Below, in pieces: positions 8,666 to 16,869 of a DNA stretch of 64,000 bases. Made by a program: the position numbers and the translations under genes. The DNA comes from Candidatus Harrisonbacteria bacterium. Lineage in GTDB: Bacteria > Patescibacteriota > Minisyncoccia > UBA6257 > 02-FULL-45-10c. Each line of letters opens with the position of its first letter. The first letter of the stretch is position 1. Below the pieces are notes generated by a model. The model had not been told where the DNA came from, searched no databases, and was given only the letters and a program-made list of their open reading frames with translations. The DNA lies in the NCBI GenBank assembly GCA_016214655.1, contig JACROC010000002.1, positions 67,801-131,800 of the forward strand, given 5' to 3'.

Positions 8666-8793
8666 CTTTGCCTCCTTTTTTCCTTTTTCGAGGAACGTTG
8701 TCATATTACCTATGGGCCACGCCCCTCGTCAATCCTGTTAGAGGCCGCGAGAGCTCACAGCGAGCTTCTGCCTCTAACGGGATCAACCTTACT

Positions 8794-8816
8794 AATAGTG
8801 TATCATGGACACTAAC
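8794..8816. promoter_or_regulatory. Candidate NrtR operator 1 (AATAGTGT-N7-ACACTAAC) upstream of pncA-pncB
   Basis: A palindrome TAGTGT-N7-ACACTA that also occurs at 11052..11074 and 15943..15965. All three are in promoter regions of NAD/ADP-ribose genes. Confidence 0.5.
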
Positions 8817-8902
8817 AAATAGTCAATACAAAAAGCCTTTGCTAAATTAGTGGCGCTTTAACGCGTTAAAGCGCCGAACAAGTAAAACTAAAATTAAAAT
8901 TG

Positions 8903-8925
8903 AAAAAACCCGCGGTCAGCGGGTC
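8903..8925 (-). terminator. Terminator after the ADP-ribosylglycohydrolase gene
   Basis: Hairpin acccgc-ggtca-gcgggt, followed on the minus strand by TTTTTT. Confidence 0.55.
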
Positions 8926-8932
8926 TATCAAC

Positions 8933-9862
8933 CTATTCCAGTTTCTTTTCTAATTTCTCTCCTAGCTGAATCAAGTAATCTCTGCCACATGGTCCGTTCT
9001 CCAGATCTCTTAGTAGAAATTCCGGAAACGAATCAAGTCCGCACTGGATTGCTTTTAAGCCAGTCGCAAGTGCGGCAACGCTATCTGTATCCCCGCCGAG
9101 CAAAACTGATTCTTTAAGCACGCTTACGGTGTCAGGATATTTTGTAACCAGATACAACACCGCTCCCGCAGTCCGCATACCATCGCAAGGAACGCCGTAA
9201 TCTTTATCTGCTTCTCCAAAAAGTAAGACTGGATCAAATTCTTTCATATCCCCGATTGCCGTCCAATACTCGGTAGATTCCGGATCAATAGCCAAACTTA
9301 GTTCCAAACAATAATTAAACAATTTATCAATCGGTCCGACATCGTGCAAAAAATAATGCGATGCAAGCGCCATGCAAACCGAAGACGCTTTTCCTTTAAG
9401 CGTATCGTGCGTAACTGAGGCATTTGTCATTGCGGCTTCAATCACTAATCTTGCATTCTTCAGAAGGCCTAATGGCGTTGCGCGCATTGCCGCGCCATTC
9501 CGGATAGAATTAGTCTTAAGCTTCGCAATCAATCCTTTCCCATCCGACACCTCCGGCAGCGTAATTCGCAATCCCTTGCCATAACCATTCCGTTCATCGC
9601 GCTTATAAGTTTTTACAAAATAATCAGCGAAGTTTTCTTTGGTCAACAGCTTTCCGGACAAAAGCAATTCCGCAATCGCAATGGACATCTGCGTATCATC
9701 AGTATATTCTCCGGCTCCGTTTCCCCATTCTTCTTTCGGATTCCTCTGATATTTAGTAAAATCAAAAACCCTAGGAATTTCATATCTGGTCATAGTCTCA
9801 TAGCGGATCCCGAATGCATCGCCCACCGCAAGTCCCAATAAAAGATTTTGTATCTTATTCAT
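8933..9862 (-). CDS. ADP-ribosylglycohydrolase family protein
   Basis: The N-terminal 'LLGLAVGDAFG' motif is characteristic of the DraG/ARH family. Confidence 0.75.
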   Translation of the reverse strand: MNKIQNLLLGLAVGDAFGIRYETMTRYEIPRVFDFTKYQRNPKEEWGNGAGEYTDDTQMSIAIAELLLSGKLLTKENFADYFVKTYKRDERNGYGKGLRITLPEVSDGKGLIAKLKTNSIRNGAAMRATPLGLLKNARLVIEAAMTNASVTHDTLKGKASSVCMALASHYFLHDVGPIDKLFNYCLELSLAIDPESTEYWTAIGDMKEFDPVLLFGEADKDYGVPCDGMRTAGAVLYLVTKYPDTVSVLKESVLLGGDTDSVAALATGLKAIQCGLDSFPEFLLRDLENGPCGRDYLIQLGEKLEKKLE

Positions 9863-11033
9863 CGCCTTTCTCTGTTAAAACCGAAAGAATCTTGCCAATA
9901 TTACTCCAATCAAGGAGTCTCTCCGACAAAATTTCCTTCACGGTTTTTACTTCAATATAAGTACGTTCGCCAGTGGGATTATCTAAATCCGCCCCATGCA
10001 CAACGCCCCTTTGACTGATAAACCATTGCATTTCCTTTTCGGTAAGCTCTACGGAAAAAAGATGCGCCTTATGCGCGGTAAAAGTTCCGGCTAACTGACG
10101 CGCGCCATGAGCTTGAAAACGCTTCGGCTCACATTTGAAGCCAGTTTCTTCATAAACCTCTTCCGCAGCAACCGAATACGGGTCGCTGTTGGGCTTAGCC
10201 GGAGATCCGCCCGGCAACTCCCAAATATAGCAGTCCGGAGTGGAGGCGGGCGTCCTAAATTCCCTAACCAATATTACTCGAGACTGTAAAATATCCAACG
10301 CTCGCGTATAAAGAATTACCGTGGCAATATCTGGCCGAGAAATCAAAATCTCGTTGGTTTTATTTCTGTTTTCACTGGCAATATGGATATTCAGGTGCAT
10401 GGCAAAGCTAAAAATGTGTTCCCGGTTTTTCCCAACTCGATGAATCCATTTCAAAACCGCGCCATCAATTCGATTCCCGACTCTCTTCTGCGCTCTATAC
10501 CACAATTGAAAAGTTCCAGTCCGCCAAATCCGAAGCGGCACGTCCCGTTCCCCGCCAACTCGCATCGCTCCTGGATTAAGCAGGTCTAAACACTTTTCAA
10601 TCGTTTCCTGCAGAGTATGTAAAATCGGAATATCATTTTTCTCGGCAACCAGATCAAGATATTTAATCTTTTCCGCTTCCGGCGGATATCCTAAAACCGA
10701 TTTGCCCAAATGAACATAAAGCCCGAATTCCACATTCGTCGTAAAGCCTGGCAGCATTTCCAAGTTGCGCGGCACCCAGAAAAGAATGCAATCGGCGGCA
10801 TTCAGTGCCTTATGTTCCCATTCAACTTGCTCCCGATAATTAAAATTCTCATAAATTCCGCCGCCACGATCTTCCGGCACAAATACCACCCCGTCATAGC
10901 CGAAGGTTTTTAAGATGCGCAACGCCTCAGAGCGCCAAGATTTAACTTCCGCTTTCTGCGGAGTCGGCCCGGCAAGGAAAATAGATTTCTTCCAAGCCAG
11001 CGGAAACGTTTCACGGCTATAGACCACTTCCAT
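9855..11033 (-). CDS. Fusion protein: nucleoside 2-deoxyribosyltransferase-like N-domain plus NUDIX hydrolase C-domain
   Basis: N-terminal 'SIFLAGPT...W...VVFVPE' resembles the NDT-like fold. The C-terminal 'ELPGGSPAKPNSDPYSVAAEEVYEETGF' is a Nudix-box-like motif. It overlaps the downstream gene by 8 nt, so the two form an operon. Confidence 0.6.
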   Translation of the reverse strand: MEVVYSRETFPLAWKKSIFLAGPTPQKAEVKSWRSEALRILKTFGYDGVVFVPEDRGGGIYENFNYREQVEWEHKALNAADCILFWVPRNLEMLPGFTTNVEFGLYVHLGKSVLGYPPEAEKIKYLDLVAEKNDIPILHTLQETIEKCLDLLNPGAMRVGGERDVPLRIWRTGTFQLWYRAQKRVGNRIDGAVLKWIHRVGKNREHIFSFAMHLNIHIASENRNKTNEILISRPDIATVILYTRALDILQSRVILVREFRTPASTPDCYIWELPGGSPAKPNSDPYSVAAEEVYEETGFKCEPKRFQAHGARQLAGTFTAHKAHLFSVELTEKEMQWFISQRGVVHGADLDNPTGERTYIEVKTVKEILSERLLDWSNIGKILSVLTEKGDE

Positions 11034-11051
11034 ATTTTCACCTATTAAATG

Positions 11052-11074
11052 TTAGTGTACTAATTACACTTTAT
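11052..11074. promoter_or_regulatory. Candidate NrtR operator 2 (TTAGTGT-N7-ACACTTT) in the divergent region between the Nudix-fusion gene and a methyltransferase
   Basis: Same TAGTGT-N7-ACACT architecture as sites 1 and 3. Confidence 0.45.
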
Positions 11075-11117
11075 TTTGATATTAGAATTCTGTCAATAAC
11101 ATTGATAGACTGACTGT

Positions 11118-12068
11118 ATGGAAAAAGAATTAGCCCGCGGCAGAAAATTCCGCATTTATAGCTCTTTAATGGATGCGGCAATTGAGCAAAAAATAAAAGA
11201 TGTTATACCATGGGTCAAACCAGGAATAATCGTGGATGCCGGCTTTGGAACCGGCCTGCTCCTTTTCCGATTATGGGAAAGATTCAGGGATTCTAAGCTT
11301 ATCGGCATCGATCTCTCTTCGCATTTTTTTGAAAAATCCCAAAGGCAATTCCATAACATCCCCAATGTTACGCTGCTCAAGAAAAACATCATTCAGCAGA
11401 ATCTTCCAAATAATTCAGTGGATACTAAAATCTTTTCCACTATTCTCCATGAGGTATATTCTTACAATGGCTGTAATTTAAAATTTGTAAAGACTGCGCT
11501 CAAGAATTCCCTAAAAGAATTAAAACCAAGCGGCCGCATTATCATCCGCGATGGCGTAAAACCAGAATCAGAAACTATCTGCCTATCATTTAAAAATGGT
11601 GATGACACAGAAACAATGTTTCTGCGCTTTGCCAAAGAATATAAACATAATAAAGGAATAAAATATAAAGTTCTAATAGACAAGTGGCTAGGCAAATTAT
11701 ATTGTACCGACTCTTCTTCGGCTTACGAGTTTCTTTCTAAAAAAGACTACCGCGATAACTGGCATATTGAAGTAAACGAGCAATTTGGATATTTAACTCT
11801 TAAAAAATATATGAAACTACTGCAAAAACTTGGCTTCAAAATAATTTATACAAAGGCTTATCTAAATCCCTGGATCCTAAAGAACCGCTGGCTTGGTAAA
11901 GTAAAACTTTATCGAAGGACAAGGCACGAATTAAAAACCATTCCTTATCCAAATACAAATTTAGTAATTATTGCGGAAAAACAAAAACCCCCGAAGGGGT
12001 TTAATTGGCAAAACATTGCCGGGCATCCTGATTCAAAAATTTCCATAATCGGCGGCAGAATTCTCTGA
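11118..12068 (+). CDS. Class I SAM-dependent methyltransferase
   Basis: 'IVDAGFGTGLLL' glycine-rich SAM-binding motif. Confidence 0.65.
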   Translation: MEKELARGRKFRIYSSLMDAAIEQKIKDVIPWVKPGIIVDAGFGTGLLLFRLWERFRDSKLIGIDLSSHFFEKSQRQFHNIPNVTLLKKNIIQQNLPNNSVDTKIFSTILHEVYSYNGCNLKFVKTALKNSLKELKPSGRIIIRDGVKPESETICLSFKNGDDTETMFLRFAKEYKHNKGIKYKVLIDKWLGKLYCTDSSSAYEFLSKKDYRDNWHIEVNEQFGYLTLKKYMKLLQKLGFKIIYTKAYLNPWILKNRWLGKVKLYRRTRHELKTIPYPNTNLVIIAEKQKPPKGFNWQNIAGHPDSKISIIGGRIL

Positions 12069-13248
12069 AGCGTTCCCAATGGGAAGGCCTGTATCCTTTT
12101 TCCGTATAATAATATCTTCCTCCTAAAACGGCTTTACCGGAAGCAGAGTCCAGGCAAGTATCATTAGAGTAAATATGAGTTTCCATAGAAGTATCAACTG
12201 CAATATGGGCTTGTTTTAAAATCTGGCGGATCGCCTTTTGCATCAAAATCCGATAACGCTGGTTACCATAAAGTTTTTCAATAGCAGCTGCCGGCTTCTT
12301 CCGCCTTAACGTAAGACCTGCCCGGATAATCATCCTGGAGACAAATTTATCGCCCTGCATCACATAAGCAATCACTGCGGAATTGGCAATATCTTCATAA
12401 AGCCCCTTACGATAATCGCCACCCTCCAAATTCACACAGCTATCCCAAGGTTTTTCGGTTGAGGCCTGCAGAATATCCAGCGACTCATTAGAAATTACTA
12501 AATCTATCACATGCTCTTCGGAACGGCCGAAAAAAGAAAGGATCGGATTCCGCGGATGCACCCCTAACCGCATCAAAACTTTAGTAATCTTCCTTGAATC
12601 AGCAATGATCTCATCCGGCGAAATTGGTGAGTTGAACATCTCTAATAATAAACCGATCTTTTCTTTCAAAGCTGCTGAATCGGTGGTCGCATTGACAACA
12701 TACCTGCCAGCCACTTTATCAAGAAAATTATTCCTTACGGATCTTTTTTCTAACGCATCCGCCAAAAGCTGTTCGTCCACCAAACGCCGCAATGCTTCTG
12801 GTTCCGGCAAGTCAGTCTTATGGCTTGCTTTTGCTAAATCGGAAAAACCGAATTCAAAAATATCCGGAGCATTCCAGGTATTTAAAAACTTTTTCTGCCG
12901 CTCCTCCTTAGCGCCAGACCGCGAAAGATTTAAGTCAAATAGCTGGGCATGGCCTCGCCATAAATAAACCTCTCCGAAATTTCTTTTAAGATATTCTTCA
13001 ATACTTCCGCTCTTGGCAATCTCTTCTAACACCTGGCCAAGCCTCGGAAAGTAGCGCAATAATAATTTCCGTAATTTTTGCCCTTGATAGATTTGCAGCG
13101 AATATTTATCTAAAGATTCTCCGAAAGAAACTAATTCTGAAAGAGAAGAATCCTCGCGACAAGTCGCATGAATTTTAACTGATAACGACCCGTTTCTGGC
13201 AGCCTTTTCCGCACTATGCAAGGATTCTGGAAATTGCCGGTCTCCCAC
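12001..13248 (-). CDS. Hypothetical protein (415 aa), co-directional with nadE and nrtR
   Basis: Long ORF with no recognisable motifs. It is probably the last gene of the nadE-nrtR operon. Confidence 0.5.
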   Translation of the reverse strand: MGDRQFPESLHSAEKAARNGSLSVKIHATCREDSSLSELVSFGESLDKYSLQIYQGQKLRKLLLRYFPRLGQVLEEIAKSGSIEEYLKRNFGEVYLWRGHAQLFDLNLSRSGAKEERQKKFLNTWNAPDIFEFGFSDLAKASHKTDLPEPEALRRLVDEQLLADALEKRSVRNNFLDKVAGRYVVNATTDSAALKEKIGLLLEMFNSPISPDEIIADSRKITKVLMRLGVHPRNPILSFFGRSEEHVIDLVISNESLDILQASTEKPWDSCVNLEGGDYRKGLYEDIANSAVIAYVMQGDKFVSRMIIRAGLTLRRKKPAAAIEKLYGNQRYRILMQKAIRQILKQAHIAVDTSMETHIYSNDTCLDSASGKAVLGGRYYYTEKGYRPSHWERFREFCRRLWKFLNQDARQCFAN

Positions 13249-13331
13249 TTGATCCTCCGTTTACTCATATTTAGTTTTGAGTGACTGATGATATTTTAAC
13301 AGAAAAATAATAAAAAGTCAAAGAGCTATTA

Positions 13332-14012
13332 TTAAAAGAATTTCTTCAATTCTGTCGGCTTGGTAGTAATGAACTGATAAAGCTTCGCTGGGCGCTGAGG
13401 CGTGCCGGAAAGCATTTTACGGGTAGATCGCATTAATCCAAGAGATAAAAATTTCTTACGGAAATTCCGCTTATCCAATTTTTTATCCAAAATTATCTCA
13501 TAAGCGCTCTGAAGCTGATTGAGGGTAAAATATTTCGGCAATAAAGAAAATACCACATTAGTATATCCCAGCTTCGCCTGCAGCCGCTTGACGGCATAGC
13601 TGATTATATTTTTATGATCAAAAGCAACCGCCGGAAGCTTCTTTACCGGATGAAACGCCGGGGTTTGCAAATCGCCGCTTCCTTCAAACCCGATTTTATC
13701 CCGCGGCACAAGCGCAAAATAAGCAACAGTCAGCACGTGGCCGCGCGGATCGCGTCCCAAACTGTCAAAAGTATAAAGCTGTTCCGCATAAACATTTCTA
13801 ACTCCGGCTTTTTCCTTTAAAATCCTGAGCGCGCCTTGCTCTGAAGTTTCATTCCTTAAAAGAAAACCTCCTGGCAAGGCCCAGGATCCTTTGAATGGCT
13901 GGTCAGCTCTTTTAATTAATAAAACCTTTAATTGGCCGTCTTCTATAGTAAAAATGACGGTATCTACGGTAACTGCTGGCGGTGTGTATAATTTCATAAT
14001 TCTTTTAGCCAA
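13332..14012 (-). CDS. nrtR: NrtR-family transcriptional regulator (Nudix-like domain plus C-terminal winged helix)
   Basis: Nudix-like 'LPGGFLLRNETSEQGALRILKEKAG' with the C-terminal 'FTLNQLQSAYEIILDKKLDKRNFRKKFLSLGL' signature of NrtR regulators. Confidence 0.75.
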   Translation of the reverse strand: MAKRIMKLYTPPAVTVDTVIFTIEDGQLKVLLIKRADQPFKGSWALPGGFLLRNETSEQGALRILKEKAGVRNVYAEQLYTFDSLGRDPRGHVLTVAYFALVPRDKIGFEGSGDLQTPAFHPVKKLPAVAFDHKNIISYAVKRLQAKLGYTNVVFSLLPKYFTLNQLQSAYEIILDKKLDKRNFRKKFLSLGLMRSTRKMLSGTPQRPAKLYQFITTKPTELKKFF

Positions 14013-15934
14013 AGATTTACTTCTGCGTCAGATGGCATGCGCCAATCACCGCGAGGTGATAATGCGACCGATCCGACTTTCGGCCCATCCGGCATAACCG
14101 ACCGCTTCCACTGATTGCGGAAGAACCGGGTCACAAAAACCTTCAGCCATTTATGGATCGTCTCCGGCTTGTATTTCTTATCAAAAGCGTTTTCCGCCAA
14201 AAAAAGGATCTTTCTAGGACTGCTTCCCCACCGCAAAAAATGATACAAGAAGAAATCATGAAGTTCGTAGGGACCAACCAAATCCTCAGTTTTTTGCGTA
14301 ATGCCCTTTTTACCGCTACGCACCAACTCCGGAGAAATCGGCGTCGCTAAAATATCTCTTAATACTTTCTTCGCTTTTACAAAATCTCCCTGCTCACTTA
14401 CCCATTCCACCAGATATTTAACTAATAATTTGGGGATACTCGCATTAACGTTATAATGGGAAATCTGATCGCCGGTAAATGTATTCCAGCCAAGCGCAAT
14501 CTCCGAAAGATCGCCCGTACCCACCACGATCCCGCCAAGTTGATTGGCTTTATCCATCAGCGTCAACGTCCGATAACGCGCCTGCACGTTCTCAAAAGTA
14601 AGGTCCTGAGTTTTAGTATCGTGGCTGATGTCTTTTAATTGCTGCAGCGCGCCTTTAGTAATATCAATTGTTTCAATACTCACTCCAAGCGCTTCTGCTA
14701 ATTTCAGCGCATTGGATTTTGTCCTTTTAGTTGTCGCGAATCCCGGAAGCGTATATGTATGAATATTTTTTAGCGGCAATCCTAAAAGGCCGGCGGTTTT
14801 TACCGCGACCAAAAGAGCCAGAGTTGAATCCAGGCCGCCAGAAACACCGATCACCAGATTCTTTATCCCCGCCTGCTCCAAACGCTTCACCAGCCCCGCA
14901 GATTGGATCGCAAATATTTCTTCCGCCCGCTTGCTGCGCTCAGCCGGATCCTGCGGCACAAAAGACCACGGATTCACGTGCCTATCAAACGTACGCACAG
15001 CCAAAATTGGAAGCGGCACATCTGCAAAACGGAAATTTTTTCTGGCAGATTCATGAATTGATTCTCCGAAACTCGTCTGGCGTTCGCGATCCAATGAAAG
15101 ATGCTCCAGATCTATATCGGAAAAAATAAGATCACTAGTCCGGGAAAACCGCTGGTTTTCAGAAAGTATATTGCCATTTTCCGCAATCAGCGCATGCCCG
15201 CCAAACACCACATCAGTCGTGGATTCATGAACGCCGCATGAAGAATAAATATAACCGCACACCCCGCGCGCAGATTGCTGGGCAATAAGGTTCTTGCGGT
15301 AATCTGCCTTCCCCACTAAATCATTAGAGGCGGAAAGGTTGGCAATAATCGTCGCGCCAGCCACTACCTGAAACGAACTCGGCGGAATCGGCACCCAGAG
15401 ATCTTCGCAAATCTCTAAGCCCAGAACCGCTTCCGGCATATTCTTAAATCGGAAAAGAAGGTCTGTCCCGACAGGAACGCTTTTACCGTCAATCAGCGTT
15501 TCTTTCGCAATTAAATCGCGAGCGGACGCAAACCACCGCTCCTCATAAAATTCTTTGTATCCTGGAATATATGTCTTCGGAACCAGCCCTAAAATTTCGC
15601 CGCGACTCACCACTGCGCCAATATTAAAAATTTTTCCGTCCAAACTAAATGGCAATCCGGCAACTAAAACGGCATTTAAATTCCTAGAAGCCTTTTTAAT
15701 GGCAATCAAGGCCTCTTTAGCTTTTTTTAATAAATTCCGCTGATGGAATAGATCGGCGCAGGTATAACCGGTTAGACCAAGTTCCGGGAAAACTGCAACC
15801 GAAGCGCCGAGTTTTGCGGCTTTTTCCGCCAAAGTTAAGGTCTGCTTAAGATTATAATCAACGTCTCCCACTTTAAGGGTTGGTACGGCTGCCGCTACTT
15901 TTATAAAGCCAAATTGATTTAATTTACCGGCCAT
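13994..15934 (-). CDS. nadE: Glutamine-dependent NAD+ synthetase (nitrilase domain plus NAD synthetase domain)
   Basis: The N-terminal C-N hydrolase domain has 'FPELGLTGY'. The C-terminal PP-loop has 'VIGVSGGLDSTLALLVA'. Confidence 0.85.
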   Translation of the reverse strand: MAGKLNQFGFIKVAAAVPTLKVGDVDYNLKQTLTLAEKAAKLGASVAVFPELGLTGYTCADLFHQRNLLKKAKEALIAIKKASRNLNAVLVAGLPFSLDGKIFNIGAVVSRGEILGLVPKTYIPGYKEFYEERWFASARDLIAKETLIDGKSVPVGTDLLFRFKNMPEAVLGLEICEDLWVPIPPSSFQVVAGATIIANLSASNDLVGKADYRKNLIAQQSARGVCGYIYSSCGVHESTTDVVFGGHALIAENGNILSENQRFSRTSDLIFSDIDLEHLSLDRERQTSFGESIHESARKNFRFADVPLPILAVRTFDRHVNPWSFVPQDPAERSKRAEEIFAIQSAGLVKRLEQAGIKNLVIGVSGGLDSTLALLVAVKTAGLLGLPLKNIHTYTLPGFATTKRTKSNALKLAEALGVSIETIDITKGALQQLKDISHDTKTQDLTFENVQARYRTLTLMDKANQLGGIVVGTGDLSEIALGWNTFTGDQISHYNVNASIPKLLVKYLVEWVSEQGDFVKAKKVLRDILATPISPELVRSGKKGITQKTEDLVGPYELHDFFLYHFLRWGSSPRKILFLAENAFDKKYKPETIHKWLKVFVTRFFRNQWKRSVMPDGPKVGSVALSPRGDWRMPSDAEVNLWLKEL

Positions 15935-15942
15935 GATAATAT

Positions 15943-15965
15943 AATAGTGTCACTTTTACACTATT
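15943..15965. promoter_or_regulatory. Candidate NrtR operator 3 (AATAGTGT-N7-ACACTATT) in the 41-bp nadE/nadK divergent intergenic region
   Basis: The most symmetric copy of the TAGTGT-N7-ACACTA palindrome. Confidence 0.5.
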
Positions 15966-15975
15966 CTAACCTAAT

Positions 15976-16821
15976 ATGATTAACCCGTCAATAAAGTCGG
16001 TTGGTTTCTTTTATCGGCCGGGTAATCCAAAGATAGCGGCCTGGGAAAAGAAAATCTGTGCCTGGCTTAAACAAAAATATCCGCAAGTTAAACTAACCGA
16101 GAAAAAGCCGCAGGCTCTGATTGTGCTTGGCGGCGATGGAACTATCTTGGAAGCCGCCCGGCGATATCTTTCACAAAATCCGCTGGTGGTAGGATTAAAT
16201 TTAGGCCACATCGGTTTTTTGGCATCAGTCCGCAAGCCGAAGGATTTCCTATCCGGACTAAATTTATTAATAAAAGGAAAATACCGCATTACCGAAAGAA
16301 TGATGCTGGCTGCCGAAGTTAAAAGAAAAAATAAAATAATCTTAAAAACCTATTCCTTAAACGATATTGCAGTGCAAAGTCTGCTGGGGGTAGCGGAGAT
16401 GGAAGTCGGCATTGACCATCAGCCGGTCCAATACATCCGCGGCACGGGCGTTCTAGTGGCCACCGCTACCGGCTCAACCGCCTATAATCTTTCGGCACAC
16501 GGACCGATTGTAATGCCAGACATCAAATGCTTTATTGTAACTGAACTAATGGATCATAACGTACCCACCCCAAGCATCGTGGTAAAAAGAAACCGGGAGA
16601 TTTATATAAAAATTTCCGACTTCCGGGAACGCGGCGTTCTTTCGATTACCAAAACCGGAGAAAAAGTTGATGTCATCCTTTCTTCCGACTGTGAGAGTGC
16701 TTTTCCGATAAAAATCGGTGATGAAATCACTATCCGCCGCTCCCCCCGCCTGGTCCGCTTTGCCGAATTCGAACCGCATTATTTCTTCAGAAGCCTGCAG
16801 GAAAAATTCGCTTTTCGATAA
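15976..16821 (+). CDS. nadK: NAD kinase
   Basis: 'LIVLGGDGTILEAAR' is the GGDG motif of NAD kinases. Confidence 0.8.
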   Translation: MINPSIKSVGFFYRPGNPKIAAWEKKICAWLKQKYPQVKLTEKKPQALIVLGGDGTILEAARRYLSQNPLVVGLNLGHIGFLASVRKPKDFLSGLNLLIKGKYRITERMMLAAEVKRKNKIILKTYSLNDIAVQSLLGVAEMEVGIDHQPVQYIRGTGVLVATATGSTAYNLSAHGPIVMPDIKCFIVTELMDHNVPTPSIVVKRNREIYIKISDFRERGVLSITKTGEKVDVILSSDCESAFPIKIGDEITIRRSPRLVRFAEFEPHYFFRSLQEKFAFR

Positions 16822-16823
16822 AC

Positions 16824-16856
16824 AAAAAGGCTCTCTTTCGAGAGCCTTCAATTTTT
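16824..16856. terminator. Bidirectional terminator hairpin (ggctctc-tttc-gagagcc); left copy of a ~50-bp direct repeat
   Basis: A-run, 7-bp stem, T-run. About 85% identical over ~50 bp to 20803..20852. Confidence 0.6.
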
Positions 16857-16869
16857 GAAAAAGAACTAA

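Noticed and set aside
5776-8704. Maximal ORF extensions at the N-termini of nadD (to 5847), pncB (to 8121), pncA (to 8704), ftsZ (to 38601) and HAD (to 41385)
   Set aside because: Internal start codons give N-termini matching family consensus and, where visible, have SD sequences. The extensions overlap upstream genes or RNA elements.
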